Assembly: GCA_965198225.1 (NCBI GenBank)
Contig: CBDAOY010000009.1
Span: forward strand, 448,001 to 512,000
Length of the DNA: 64,000 nt
Direction: 5' to 3'
Source of the DNA: Terriglobia bacterium
GTDB lineage: Bacteria; Acidobacteriota; Terriglobia; 20CM-2-55-15
Position 1 is the first letter of the stretch, and each line of letters begins with the position of its first letter. Below are positions 30,991 through 42,400 of this stretch, piece after piece. Below the pieces are notes generated by a model that saw nothing but the letters and a program-made list of their open reading frames with translations, did not search any database and was not told where the DNA came from. Position numbers and translations under genes: made by a program.

Positions 30991-32036
30991 TACTGCCTTG
31001 CTCCGGCATCGTGGACGGCATCCCCGTTGCCCGACGCTCTGGCGGCCGCACAGTCCCGCAGGAAACGTCGGAACTCGTTGACGCCCCGGTCGGAGTTGGC
31101 CAGATGTTCGGCAACACGCGATCGAATGCCCCGCTGCGATTTGAGGATGACCCGGTCCTGGTCGATGACCCACGCGTGCTGGCGCTCCCAGAAGTATCGG
31201 TACATGAGCCGCCAGTAGGCCTTCTTCAGGCCGGAGAGCTGGCGGTACCGAAGGAAGTAGACCAGAGAGGACTCCCCATCGATCGGCGTGACCATTCCAA
31301 CGATGCGCAGGATACCCTTCGGGCCCCACGGCAGAGGGATGTCGAGGCGGACCCATAGAGTTCCCGACCAGTAGAACTCCGCCCAATCGAAGTTCACGCC
31401 CCTCTGGCCGGTCCGTTCGACCTTGAATCCGTCATCGTTGCGGATCACGCGCATGTCGTCGGCGAGCTCGCCGCGGCGCAGGGTGAACGACTTCCCATGA
31501 AGGAACGGACCGTGCATCGGGTCGGCCAGATTTTCGAGGATCAGGATCCAGTTCACGTCCCAGACCACCTCGCAGATGAACCCGCTCCATCCTGGGGCTT
31601 CGAGCTCCTCCGGGATCACGAGAGCCGGCACCGGTGCCGCATGATCCGCGGCAAAGTAAGCCCACACAAGGCCGGCGCGTTCCTGGCTGTCGTAGGTCTG
31701 AAGTCGTAACCGCGGAGCAAGGGATTCGTTCGCGTTGCGGCTGGTTGGGATTTGAACGCAGCGACCGGCACCGTCGTAACTCCAGCCGTGGTAGCCACAA
31801 CTCAGGATCTCACCGGAGATGTCGCCTTCGCTGAGCCTGGCGCCTCGGTGCAGGCATGTGTCGTCCTGCACATGGATCTCGCCGGAAGACTCGCGCCAGA
31901 CAACGACATCGATTCCCAGCCGGGACAGTCCGAGCGGTTTGTTCCCGACGTCGGCGGACTTGCAGATCGGACACCAGAGGTCGGTTATCCCGTCTCGAAG
32001 CTCGACGTCGAAACCGAATTGTGTGGATTCTGCCAT
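30990..32036 (-). CDS. Rieske non-heme iron oxygenase alpha subunit (VanA/phthalate dioxygenase-like)
   Basis: Rieske ligands CLH...CGYH; mononuclear Fe motif ENLADPMHGPFLH; C-terminal DQD. Confidence 0.92.
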   Translation of the reverse strand: MAESTQFGFDVELRDGITDLWCPICKSADVGNKPLGLSRLGIDVVVWRESSGEIHVQDDTCLHRGARLSEGDISGEILSCGYHGWSYDGAGRCVQIPTSRNANESLAPRLRLQTYDSQERAGLVWAYFAADHAAPVPALVIPEELEAPGWSGFICEVVWDVNWILILENLADPMHGPFLHGKSFTLRRGELADDMRVIRNDDGFKVERTGQRGVNFDWAEFYWSGTLWVRLDIPLPWGPKGILRIVGMVTPIDGESSLVYFLRYRQLSGLKKAYWRLMYRYFWERQHAWVIDQDRVILKSQRGIRSRVAEHLANSDRGVNEFRRFLRDCAAARASGNGDAVHDAGARQ

Positions 32037-32066
32037 CACTCTACCGACGGGGTTTTATCACGGAGG

Positions 32067-32831
32067 TTAGTGGAAGACCAGTCCCCCGTCGACGACGATC
32101 AACTGGCCCGTGATGAACGCCGCGTCGTCGGACAGCAGGAACGAGACAGTACCGACGATATCGTCCTCGGAGGATTCCCTGGGGATCGAACGCTCCCGTA
32201 CATTCCACTCGTGCTTGATTTCGGGAACACCCGCAGTGGCTTCGTTGCGAACGAGTCCCGGCGCAACGCAGTTGATCCGCACGCCCGCGTCGCCAAGTTC
32301 TCGTGCCATCGCGCGTGTGAAGGCGATGACTGCGCCCTTGCTGGTCACGTAGTGCAGCAGTCTTGGACTCCCCCAGAGCGCGGTGTCGGAACCGACGGTT
32401 ACGATGCTGCCCTGCTTGCGCTCTTTCATGAATGGAGCGACCGCCCTGCAAGTCAGCCATGTGCCGCGCACGTTCACCGCCATGATTCGGTCCCATTCCT
32501 CGACGGTCAATTCGTCGAAGAGCGATCCTCCGACCGAGTCCGCGAGCGCTGCGTTCGTGACGAGCCCGTCGATCCGACCCCAAGCCTCGATGAAATGGGA
32601 TGCCATTTCCGCGGTAGACGCTTCCGAGGAGATGTCGGTCCGCCAGAAATGAGCCCGTCCTCCGGCACTGCGGAGATCCGCTACGGCGGCTTCGCCTCGA
32701 TCCGGTTCGATCTCGGCGATGCCGATGACCGCCCCCTCCGAGGCGAGGCGTCTGGCATAGGCAAGGCCGAGACCCCGACCCGCGCCCGTGACGATAATGT
32801 GTTTCCCTTCGTGCCTGCCCAAGCGAATCAA
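32067..32831 (-). CDS. SDR family oxidoreductase
   Basis: TGAGRGLG, NAA, YVTSK, PG motifs. Confidence 0.92.
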   Translation of the reverse strand: MIRLGRHEGKHIIVTGAGRGLGLAYARRLASEGAVIGIAEIEPDRGEAAVADLRSAGGRAHFWRTDISSEASTAEMASHFIEAWGRIDGLVTNAALADSVGGSLFDELTVEEWDRIMAVNVRGTWLTCRAVAPFMKERKQGSIVTVGSDTALWGSPRLLHYVTSKGAVIAFTRAMARELGDAGVRINCVAPGLVRNEATAGVPEIKHEWNVRERSIPRESSEDDIVGTVSFLLSDDAAFITGQLIVVDGGLVFH

Positions 32832-32833
32832 CC

Positions 32834-33334
32834 TCAGGATCGTTTATTCTTCCGAGCCTCGATCAGCGGGCTGCCTTCGGGGTAGGTCGGCAGCTGCGGC
32901 CGCCCGGTGCCCAGCATCACGAGCATCAAGGCATCGATGTCCCCGTCATTGCGGACACCACGATAGACGCCCGCCGGCGTGCAGATCATGTCGCGCGGTC
33001 CCAGGGTCCGCTCGACCTCGCTCCCGTTCTCCGCCCACGTGCACGTGACCTCCCCGTCCAGGACGAAGAAGACCTCCTCGACATCGCCGTGCAGGTGGAG
33101 CGGCCCTTCGCTCCCAGGAGGCAACAGCATGGTGCTCAGCGTGAAATGCTGAGCCTTGACGACGTTGGGGTCGTCGTGCTTCCCGGTACCTCCTCCTCCG
33201 AGATACCGGATCTGGGCCCTCCGGTACTTGGGATTCACTTCGGCCTGAAACCCCAGTGCGTCCCAATCGAAATCACGGTTTCCGAGCTTTGCTATCCAGT
33301 TGTCGATGTCCTCTATCCTGGCTCCTTCTTCCAT
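32834..33334 (-). CDS. Cupin domain protein
   Basis: GPLHLHGDVEEVFFVL...TPAGVYRGVRN. Confidence 0.85.
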   Translation of the reverse strand: MEEGARIEDIDNWIAKLGNRDFDWDALGFQAEVNPKYRRAQIRYLGGGGTGKHDDPNVVKAQHFTLSTMLLPPGSEGPLHLHGDVEEVFFVLDGEVTCTWAENGSEVERTLGPRDMICTPAGVYRGVRNDGDIDALMLVMLGTGRPQLPTYPEGSPLIEARKNKRS

Positions 33335-33425
33335 ATTTTCCTCGTCAGTGCCGCCCGGCAGTAGCTTCGTTTGACCGGGGGACCAGCAATCCGCAATCTC
33401 AAATCTGCAATCTCAAATTCCGCAT

Positions 33426-34370
33426 CTACGATAGCTTGCCGGCCCACCCGGGATCGGGATCGCCCGCCATCGCCCTCCGGATATCGGCGCTGGGCGGCCC
33501 CGCGGTGCCCCATCGATCCATCTGATCCGGGACCCGCTCCCACACGGCGGGTTCGTGCGTGGCTTCGTCCTCGATGCGGTCCATGTCACTCGTGTACTCG
33601 GACACGTAACCCACTGGATCCTTGTAGTAACAGAAAATATTGTTGCCGGGGCCATGACGTCCAGGACCCCAGTCTGGTTCCTGTCCGTGAGCTCGAAGGG
33701 TGGAGAGCCCCCTCATGACACCGTCCACGTCCGCCATCATGTACGCGACGTGATTGACCGATGCATGGTCGGCCCGGTTGAATGAAATCACGTGATGCTT
33801 TGGACTGCACCGGAGGAAGGCCATCTGGTTCTCACTCCAGTCCGACACGCGGAAGCCCAGGACGTCGGTGTAGAAGTGTACGATCTGTTCGAACTGCGCC
33901 GTGTTCAGGACGACGTGACACAACCGGAGTGGCTCGACCCGCCTGGGTGGCCAACCGTTCTCGTGTTCGGCCACATCGGTCGAGAGCTCGACGCATCGAT
34001 TCTCCGGATCCAGAAATCGCACTCCATACCCGCCCCCGACTTCATCCAGCTCTTCGGGCCCCGACACGAGGACTATTCCATGTCGTTCCAGCTCGACGGC
34101 GGCAGCATCCACCTCGTCGTGTCCGTCGACGCGGAACGCCAGGTGGTGGAGTCCACGACGCTCGCCCGGATGCAGGCTGAGAAGGTGATGCTCGGCGGAT
34201 GACCCCCGAAAGTAGCGTGCGTGCCGGTCTTCTCCAGCCGACTCGAGTCCCCAGACTTGCTGGTAGAACTCAGCGTGGGGGCCGACGTGCGGGGAGAGCA
34301 ATCCTACATGGCGGATGTCTTTGATGTTCACGTGCGGTTCTCCGGCGGGTCCAGTACCACTGGCTGCCAC
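33426..34370 (-). CDS. VOC family protein, probable extradiol (catechol 2,3-dioxygenase-like) ring-cleavage enzyme
   Basis: Two VOC modules; HVVLN, FYTDVLGF, HHVISF, NHVAY, WGPGRHGPGNNIFCYYKDP...EY. Confidence 0.85.
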   Translation of the reverse strand: MAASGTGPAGEPHVNIKDIRHVGLLSPHVGPHAEFYQQVWGLESAGEDRHARYFRGSSAEHHLLSLHPGERRGLHHLAFRVDGHDEVDAAAVELERHGIVLVSGPEELDEVGGGYGVRFLDPENRCVELSTDVAEHENGWPPRRVEPLRLCHVVLNTAQFEQIVHFYTDVLGFRVSDWSENQMAFLRCSPKHHVISFNRADHASVNHVAYMMADVDGVMRGLSTLRAHGQEPDWGPGRHGPGNNIFCYYKDPVGYVSEYTSDMDRIEDEATHEPAVWERVPDQMDRWGTAGPPSADIRRAMAGDPDPGWAGKLS

Positions 34371-34393
34371 GGACTTCGAGGCCGTTTCCCTTC

Positions 34394-35842
34394 CTACTGG
34401 TCGGACTTCGTCAGAGTCTCTACACCGAGGTCGAGCATCGGCATCGGTATCACCTGGACCGAACCCAACTCTTCGATCTCTTCGAGGAACGCCTGGGCGT
34501 TCCCGACGAGCAGAATGACGATGTCTTCGGTGCTGATCCGCTCCCGCGCCACGCGAGCGACGTCCTCGGAGGTGATCGCCGCAAGCTTGTCGCGATATGT
34601 CGCCAGGTAGTCGTCGCCCAGGTCGAACACGCTGATGTTTGCTAGCCGGGTGGCCAGGTCCGCAGGCGTCTCGATGGTCAGCGGGAAGCTTCCGATCACG
34701 AACGCTTTGACTTTTTCCAACTCGTCTTCGGGGACCGGGTCCTGCCGCAGCCGTTCGATTTCATCGAGAATGAGCCGGACGGCTTCTCCGGTCGCCTCCG
34801 TCCGGGTTTCAGTCAACGCGTAGAGACCGCCGGGCCCCTTGCGCGGGATAATGGTTTCGTATGCGCCGTAGGTCAGACCGCGCTCGACGCGCAGCGATTC
34901 CATCAGCCGCCCGGAAGCTCCACCCAGGACATAAGAACCGATCAGCACCGGGAAATAGTCCGGATCCTTGCGCGCGACCGTGACTTGTCCGATGCGGATC
35001 TCGGTCTGTACGCTGTCGGGGCTGTCGATCACAACGATCTTGCGGCCTTCCAGGTTCTCCAGTTTGGTCACATCCGGAGTGGGGACCTCTTTCCGCGCCC
35101 ACCCCCCGAACCATTCCTCGGCGAGGGCGAAGGCCTCTTCGGGTGTCACGTCTCCAGCGATCGCCAACGTGGACGTGTTCGGAGCGAAGTAGGTTTCATG
35201 AAAGCGAACGATGTCCTCCCTTCCGATGCGCCCGATCGAATCCATCGTGCCTTCGGCGGGATGGGCGTACGGGTGTGTCCCGTAGAGCGCGACGATGAAC
35301 GCCGCGTCGGCGATGAAATCCGGATCCTGCAGATTGGCGGCCAGTCCCGATCCCGACTGCTGTCTGAGGCGTTCGATTTCGCCGGGGGCAAAGGCGGGGT
35401 TCATCACGATGTCGGTCATCAGTTCGAAGGCCAGATCCGTACTGTCTTTCAACACGGAAGCGGAGACGATGATGGCTTCCCGCGCCGCTCGCGTCGATAA
35501 CTCGCCGCCGGCCATGTCGACCGATTCCGCGATTTCCTGCGCCGACCGGGTCGTGGTTCCGGTGTTCAGAAGAGCCGTCGTGAACGTCGCCAGACCCGGT
35601 AGATCCGCCGGATCGTTGACGCCGCCTCCTCCGATCACGAGCTGAACCGACAGGAGCGGTTGCTCGTCGTGTTCGAGGGCAAAGACGCGAAGCCCGTTGT
35701 CGAGGAGCCGTTCTTCGTACGGCGGGAACTCCACCTTCGCCAGCGGTTGGGCGTCGGGCGGGTTCTGCCTCTGGGCGGCAGTTCCCGGGGCCATGGCCAG
35801 CAGGAATGCCAGCGCGGATGTCAAGATTGTCAGGCTTCGCAT
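34394..35842 (-). CDS. M16 family peptidase, non-catalytic subunit
   Basis: LDNGLRV; no HxxEH (GLATFTTALL); LRVERGLTYG motif; signal peptide. Confidence 0.88.
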   Translation of the reverse strand: MRSLTILTSALAFLLAMAPGTAAQRQNPPDAQPLAKVEFPPYEERLLDNGLRVFALEHDEQPLLSVQLVIGGGGVNDPADLPGLATFTTALLNTGTTTRSAQEIAESVDMAGGELSTRAAREAIIVSASVLKDSTDLAFELMTDIVMNPAFAPGEIERLRQQSGSGLAANLQDPDFIADAAFIVALYGTHPYAHPAEGTMDSIGRIGREDIVRFHETYFAPNTSTLAIAGDVTPEEAFALAEEWFGGWARKEVPTPDVTKLENLEGRKIVVIDSPDSVQTEIRIGQVTVARKDPDYFPVLIGSYVLGGASGRLMESLRVERGLTYGAYETIIPRKGPGGLYALTETRTEATGEAVRLILDEIERLRQDPVPEDELEKVKAFVIGSFPLTIETPADLATRLANISVFDLGDDYLATYRDKLAAITSEDVARVARERISTEDIVILLVGNAQAFLEEIEELGSVQVIPMPMLDLGVETLTKSDQ

Positions 35843-35857
35843 GTTCGTTCGTTCCTT

Positions 35858-37210
35858 CTATTGCCGCCCAGGTGTCGGCGGTAGCACCGTGACCACCGTG
35901 CGGTTGGCCGGATCCAGATACTTCCCGATGACGCGCATGATGTCTTCTTTGGTGACTTTCATGAACAGCTCGAACTCGTCCACGGCAGTCGCTGCGTCCT
36001 GATGGATGACCGCGGCGTGAGCCAGCGCGTCTGCCTTATTCCGGACCGTCTGGCGGCCCATGATGTAGGACGACCGGATCTGATTCTTGGCTTTCGCGAG
36101 TTCGGCATCGGTGACCGGCTCGGTCATCATCCTCTGGAATTCCGCGTCCAGGGCAGCTTCTCCTTCTTCGAGTGAGGCGCCTCGGTTCATGATCAGGATC
36201 GCCATGAATAGGTTCGGATGCTCCCGGACACTCGTGAACGCGCTGGCCTGCAGGGCAAGCTGCTTCTCATACACGAGCGACTGGTAAACCCGGGAACTGC
36301 GGCCTTCCGACAGGATGCTCGATGCCAGCGTCAAGGGATAGGAGTCCGCGTGCCCATCGTGCGGAATGTAGTACCCGGCGACGTACGCCGGCAACGGGAC
36401 CGGTTTGCGCCTCTCGATGCGCCGCTCTTCGTGATGTTCCGGCTCGCGGAGGGTCACGCGGGGGACCTCACCCTCTCCGGCCGGTATCGATCCGAAATAC
36501 TGTTCGACCCATTCCATGGCCCGCGTGGTTTCGAAGTCCCCGGCAAGCACCAGGTACGCGTTGCCCGGCCTGTAGTACAACTCATAGAAGTCCTGCACGT
36601 CTTCGATCGTTGCCGCGCCCAGGTCTTCCATGCTGCCTATCGGCAAATGTCGGTAGGGGTGCTCGTCGAAGGCGGCGGCGTACAGCATCTCGAAGAGGTC
36701 CCCGTAGGGCGGGCTCTCTACGCGCACACGCCGTTCTTCTTTGACGACCTCGCGCTCGGAGGTGAAGTTCTCTTCCGAAACGTCGAGCGTACGCATCCGG
36801 TCCGCTTCGAGCCAGAGAATCCTCTCGAGGTAATTGGACGGGACCGTCTCCCAGTACACGGTAGTGTCATCCGTCGTGTACGCATTCGAGATCCCTCCGA
36901 CCCCGGTGATGAACTCGGCGTGCTGTTCCGGAGCGACGTTGGCCGAGCCCTTGAACATCAGGTGTTCAAACAGATGGGCGAACCCCGTTCGGCCTACCCG
37001 CTCGTTCTTGGAGCCGACGTGGTACCAGAGTTGCAAATTGACGACCGGAGTGGACTGGTCTTCGTGGGTCACCACCGTCAGTCCGTTTTCGAGACGGTGT
37101 TCCTCGTAGGTGAGTGGGGCCGGCATCGACGGGGCGTCCAGCGTCTGGGCTCCAAGGGGTGCGGGCGTGGCGAACGACAGCAGGGCCAGTCCGTAAGCGA
37201 AACGAATCAT
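35858..37210 (-). CDS. M16 family zinc peptidase, catalytic subunit
   Basis: WYHVGS, GFAHLFEHLMFKGS, NAYT..D.T.Y, EREVVKEE. Confidence 0.92.
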   Translation of the reverse strand: MIRFAYGLALLSFATPAPLGAQTLDAPSMPAPLTYEEHRLENGLTVVTHEDQSTPVVNLQLWYHVGSKNERVGRTGFAHLFEHLMFKGSANVAPEQHAEFITGVGGISNAYTTDDTTVYWETVPSNYLERILWLEADRMRTLDVSEENFTSEREVVKEERRVRVESPPYGDLFEMLYAAAFDEHPYRHLPIGSMEDLGAATIEDVQDFYELYYRPGNAYLVLAGDFETTRAMEWVEQYFGSIPAGEGEVPRVTLREPEHHEERRIERRKPVPLPAYVAGYYIPHDGHADSYPLTLASSILSEGRSSRVYQSLVYEKQLALQASAFTSVREHPNLFMAILIMNRGASLEEGEAALDAEFQRMMTEPVTDAELAKAKNQIRSSYIMGRQTVRNKADALAHAAVIHQDAATAVDEFELFMKVTKEDIMRVIGKYLDPANRTVVTVLPPTPGRQ

Positions 37211-37246
37211 GCGCAAAACATCCTCCGATGCATTCTTTCAGCAGGT

Positions 37247-38617
37247 TCAAATCGTAACAAACAAGGCGCTGAACGCCCAGCCCTGCACGAGCGCGGCGAA
37301 CATGGCCGCCGCCGCCGGTTCCGCAGTCGCGCGATGAACGAAGCCCGCCATCCACCACAGTACGAGCCAGAAAACGACGATAAAGTGCGTAATCAGGACG
37401 AGAAAAGAACTGGACTCGTTGAGGAGCAGAACGCCGGTCAGAATCGCGGCCCAAAGGATGAGGCGGGTCAGGAAGAAAGTTGCCACACGACGCCAGCCGG
37501 ACAAGCCTCCGCGCAGGGACTGCTCGTCGGACAGGAAGAGAGGGAAGCTGACCGCAGCGAGGATTGGCATCCGAATCCACTGCTCCCCGGACGGGATTAC
37601 GTGGAAGAGTCGCTCTCCGATGCCCAGCACGAACACGACGATCACATACGCGACGGCAATCACACTGACGAGGATGCCCCACCGGCTGAGGCGGAACCGG
37701 TGGCCCCGCCACAGGAATAAGCCCGTCACCAGCACGAAGCTCATCAGGTAGTCGGCCGCGAAAATACCAAGCCACGCCAACGGAACGAAGAAGCGCAGGA
37801 CGATCAGCGCCCCCCCGGCGGCAGCGACGTAGGACACGACCATCCACCGCGGATCGGCGCTGTCGGGTCCCGCCGGTGGGGGCGGCGGTTTCGGAACAAG
37901 GGCCAGGGCGGCGATCAAGCCTGCTGCTGCCATCACCGCAAGCCAGAGGTATCGATGGACGGCCCGGATCGAATCTCCCTCCCCTCCCATCCATCCAGCG
38001 ATCATTCCCATCTTGGAAGGGTCGAACAGCGCGGACGAATGGGCGCCGTATGGGAACTTCCACCACACGCCTGTCGTTCCCGCTGCGTCCATTAATAACG
38101 GCGCGAACTCGTTGATTCGGGGTGCGTCGAGATGGCCCGTGACGACGAGGATGCGGCCCGCTTCCAGGGCTTCGACCGCTACCGGTGCGGGAGAGAGCAA
38201 CACCAGCGTTTCCAGACTGCGGGTTGGCGCCAGATCGACGAGAAGGGCACCTCCCAGCGAATGCCCCACCAGCAGGGTTTCACCGCCGACATGGTCGATG
38301 ACACGCTCGACGGCAAGAGCGCTGAGCTCGAAGGTGAACGGCTCGCTCGAATCGCCATGTCCCGGAAGGTCGAAGGCATAGACCTGGAAGCCGGACTCGG
38401 CGAGGGCCATGCCGAAGCTCTGCATGAACTCTTTGTTGCTGTTGAGCCCATGAACCAGGATTACCGTGCCGGCCGGCGCCGAATCGGGCGAGAAGCGAAT
38501 GTAAGGCGTGGCCGGGTTGATCGGCAGAATTCCCCTTTCCGTGCTCGGGCTGACCCGCGCGTACTGGAGCCAGGCGAAGAGGAAAACAGCGAGGCAGGCC
38601 AGGCTGAAGGCGAGCAT
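37247..38617 (-). CDS. Alpha/beta hydrolase fused to a multi-TM C-terminal domain (start uncertain)
   Basis: LVHG, FDLPGHG, GHSLGG, followed by several hydrophobic helices. Confidence 0.7.
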   Translation of the reverse strand: MLAFSLACLAVFLFAWLQYARVSPSTERGILPINPATPYIRFSPDSAPAGTVILVHGLNSNKEFMQSFGMALAESGFQVYAFDLPGHGDSSEPFTFELSALAVERVIDHVGGETLLVGHSLGGALLVDLAPTRSLETLVLLSPAPVAVEALEAGRILVVTGHLDAPRINEFAPLLMDAAGTTGVWWKFPYGAHSSALFDPSKMGMIAGWMGGEGDSIRAVHRYLWLAVMAAAGLIAALALVPKPPPPPAGPDSADPRWMVVSYVAAAGGALIVLRFFVPLAWLGIFAADYLMSFVLVTGLFLWRGHRFRLSRWGILVSVIAVAYVIVVFVLGIGERLFHVIPSGEQWIRMPILAAVSFPLFLSDEQSLRGGLSGWRRVATFFLTRLILWAAILTGVLLLNESSSFLVLITHFIVVFWLVLWWMAGFVHRATAEPAAAAMFAALVQGWAFSALFVTI

Positions 38618-38765
38618 GCGATGGTTCGGGGCGTTCCGGGGGTGCACAGCCCTCGATGCTATACTAAACCACCTCGTTTCATGAACTAGCCCGCCGCCGC
38701 CGGCTGCCAAGAGCGACAGGGTGAGCATCGCTGGAAAGGGCACACAGCGGGGTCGAAGTCAGCTT

Positions 38766-39260
38766 ATGTCCGCCTCCAAAACCGAGACAATTGACACCCT
38801 GGCGCGGCGTGTTCGCCGGTTGCAGGCCGAGGGCAAGCGCGTCGTCCTGACCAATGGGTGTTTCGACCTCCTGCATGCCGGTCACATCGACCTGTTCCGA
38901 CGCGCCAGAGCGCTGGGCGATGTGCTGATCGTGGCGATCAACGGCGACGAATCGGTAGGTCGCCTGAAGGGCGACAAACGCCCCATCTTCGACGAGCAGG
39001 AGCGCGAAGAGATCCTCACCGCGCTCGAAATGGTTGATTTTGTGTACATCTTCGAGGAAGACACACCGCTCGCGACGATTCTCGAAATCCGTCCAGATGT
39101 GCTTGTCAAGGGCGCCGATTGGCTGGATGAAGGGATTGTGGGTCAGCCCGAGGTGGAGGGATGGGGCGGCAAGGTCGTTGCGCTGGAACTGGTAGAAGGC
39201 CAGTCCACGACGGGAATAATAGAGCGGGTTGTCTCCCGGTTGGGAGACAACCCGCAGTAG
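38766..39260 (+). CDS. rfaE2: D-glycero-beta-D-manno-heptose 1-phosphate adenylyltransferase
   Basis: TNGCFDLLHAGH, GD.LIVAINGD.SV..LKG..RP, PDVLVKGAD, STTGII. Confidence 0.92.
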   Translation: MSASKTETIDTLARRVRRLQAEGKRVVLTNGCFDLLHAGHIDLFRRARALGDVLIVAINGDESVGRLKGDKRPIFDEQEREEILTALEMVDFVYIFEEDTPLATILEIRPDVLVKGADWLDEGIVGQPEVEGWGGKVVALELVEGQSTTGIIERVVSRLGDNPQ

Positions 39261-39397
39261 TCAGTAGTCAGTTGCGGAACGCCGAGCGCCCATTGTGGCC
39301 CGGGCCGAGTTGGTCGCTACCTGAAGAAGTGACGGATGACGAGGGATCAACGGCAAGCTAAACCTAACTGACTACCGACTACTGACTACTGACAACT
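39255..39397. repeat. Heptamer-armed inverted element (CAGTAGT arms)
   Basis: CAGTAGTCAGTAGTCAGTTG on the left, ACTACCGACTACTGACTACTGACAACT on the right; core similar to 47906-48047 and 55929-56082. Confidence 0.65.
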
Positions 39398-39407
39398 TCT
39401 TCACCCC

Positions 39408-42400
39408 ATGCCCGAACTCGTACAGACTCGATTGCAGAAGCTTCTGTCGGGCATCCTGGACGTCACCGATATTCGGCAGATCGCGTCCGAGACTCTGAAG
39501 AGGGAGCGCCGGGTCGTCGTTTCGGGGCTCAGCGGATCGTCTCGCGCCCTGATGGTCGCGGCCCTCTGGAAGGCCTTCAAACGTCCGATCATCCTTCTCA
39601 CCGCGAACGACGCGGCCACCGAGAGCCTTACAGTCGATGTCGCGTACTTCCACGACGAGTTGAACGATCGTGGGTCGGACGCCGTCTGCAGCTTCCCCGC
39701 CTGGGAGACCGATCCCTACGCGGGTTTGACCCCGCACGCAGACACCCAGCAGGCGCGAGCGAAGACGCTCTGGCGGCTCCGTGCGGGCACAGCCGATGTC
39801 GTCATCACCTCCGTACGAGCCCTGGGAGGCCGCCTCGAGCGTCCCGCCAGTTTCGACTCCTACGGCCTGCAGATCAAGGTCGGGGATGAGGTGTCCCAGG
39901 AGCTGATGCTGGAGCACCTGGCGACGGCCGGCTACCTCAGGCAGGAGCCGGTCGGCTCGGTCGGAGAGTTCTCACAGCGGGGAGGAATCGTGGACGTCTT
40001 CTCGCCGTTGATGGCCGATCCGGCGCGCATCGAATTCTTTGGGGATACCGTCGATTCGATCCGAGAGTTCGACCTCGACGACCAGCGATCGCGGAGCCCA
40101 ATCCGCCGAATCGACATCCTGCCCATGCAGGAGCATTTCGTGACGCGCGAAATGTACCGGAATTGGGCTTCGGCGGCACGCCGGCGTTGGGTCGACGACA
40201 CGTACCAGAGCGACCTTCGCGACAAGCTCGTCTTCGCGGACGACGGCGAGCCCTTTCCGGGCTCGTCATTCCTCATTCCAGAGTCGTACCCGTTGGAAGC
40301 CGCCCTCACGGACTACTCCGAAGGCGCAGTGTTTGTGCTGGATGAGCCCGAGCTTCTCGAAGAGTCCTACGAGAAGTTCTTCGGGGTCCTCGAACAACGG
40401 TACTCCCAGACCAGCACGGCCGGCGGCATCGCTCTGGCTCCCGAGAACCTGTTCATGCCCCCGTCCGATCTGGCGGAATTGATCGAGCGTCATTCATCCC
40501 TGAGCCTCGAAGAGCTCGCGTCCGACGGTTCCGAATTCCTGATCGTGGGCCAGCCGGCAAGACGGTTTCACGGGCGGATTCGCGAGATGGTGGAAACCAT
40601 CCGGCAGTCCTTTGAGGCGGGGACCCAGGTGGTCCTGCTTGGCAGCACGCTGGGAATGGCGGAACGCCTGCGGGACATCCTTCACGAGTACGAGCTCCCT
40701 TTCCGGACCGAGTTCGGGGAACAGCCGATCAAACCGCAGGAAGAAGGCAACGCACCCGTTGTAGCCATCGGGCGGCTGTCGGCGGGTTTCCGTCTTCGGG
40801 AGGTGGGCCTCGAGGTTTTCGCCGAGACCGACGTCCTCGACGAGACCGAGCATTTTGCGGCGCCCCGACGGCGTAAGAAGGCGTCAAGCTTCATGTCGGA
40901 CCTCCAGGACCTGAAGGAAGGTCAGTACGTCGTCCACGTGGACCATGGAATCGGTCTCTACGGAGGCATCACGACGATTCACGATCGGGAATGCATGGCC
41001 CTCAGCTACCACGAGGGGGACCGGCTCTACGTGCCGCTGGAACGGTTGGATCTTGTGCAGAAGTACTCGGCGGCCGAGGGCGCCAAACCCAAGCTGGACA
41101 AGCTCGGAGGGACGACCTGGGTGGCGCGCAAGGCGCGCGTCAAGCGAGCCATCCGGGACATGGCGCACGAACTGCTGCGGCTCTACGCGGAACGCAAGGT
41201 TGCGCTCGGACATACCTTTTCTCCGGACAATGAATGGCAGCAGGAGTTCGAAGAAGCGTTCCAGTACGAGGAGACGCCCGATCAGCTGGCCGCGATCGTT
41301 GACATCAAGAGAGACATGGAGGCGCAGGTGCCCATGGATCGCCTCATCTGCGGCGACGTGGGATACGGTAAGACGGAAGTCGGCATGCGTGCCGTGTTCA
41401 AGGCAGTCTCCGACAACAAACAGGTCGCGATGCTGGCCCCGACCACGGTTCTCTGCTTCCAGCACTTCGAGACCCTCAAAGAGCGATTCGCCGCCTTTCC
41501 GGTGACCGTTGCCATGCTGAGCCGATTTGTCCCCCCTAAGCAACAGAAGCAGGTCATTCGGGACATCGAATCGGGCAAGGTGGACGTCGTGGTGGGAACC
41601 CACCGCTTGCTGTCCAAGGATGTGGATTTCCACGATCTCGGCCTGCTGATCGTTGACGAAGAACAGCGGTTCGGAGTCGCCCACAAAGAACGGCTCAAAC
41701 AGCTGAAAAAACAAGTCGACGTCGTGACGATGACGGCGACGCCGATTCCCCGAACGCTGCACATGGCCCTGACCGGTCTTCGTGACATGTCCGTGATCGA
41801 AACTCCGCCGCGGGATCGCCTGGCGATCAACACGGCAGTGGTGAAGTTCAACACGACCGTGATCCAGAACGCGATCGATTTCGAACTAGACCGCGGAGGC
41901 CAGGTCTATTTTGTTCACAACCGCGTCCAATCGATCTACTCGATGGCCAGCTTCGTCCAGCGCATCTGTCCCAAGGCCCGGGTCGGTGTGGGCCACGGGC
42001 AGATGGCGGAGAAGGAACTGGAGCGGATCATGTTGCGGTTCATGCACCATGAGTTCGACGTTCTCGTCAGCACGACCATCATCGAGAACGGCCTGGACAT
42101 TGCTGCAGCCAACACGATGTTGGTCAACCGGGCCGATCGGTACGGCCTGGCGCAGCTTTACCAACTCCGCGGCCGGGTCGGACGCTCGAATCGACGGGCG
42201 TTTGCCTACTTGTTGATTCCTTCCGACAAGACATTGACTCCGATCGCGCGCCGCCGGCTGGCCGCCATCCGGGAATTCAGCGAACTGGGCGCCGGTTTTC
42301 GTGTCGCCGCGCTGGATCTGGAGCTTCGGGGCGCGGGCAACCTGCTTGGTGGCCAGCAACATGGCCACATCGAGGCGATCGGCTTCGACCTTTACTGTCA

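Noticed and set aside
26646-37720. Long antisense ORFs (26646-28052, 31752-32885, 36218-37720)
   Set aside because: They lie opposite well-supported genes and are typical high-GC shadow ORFs.
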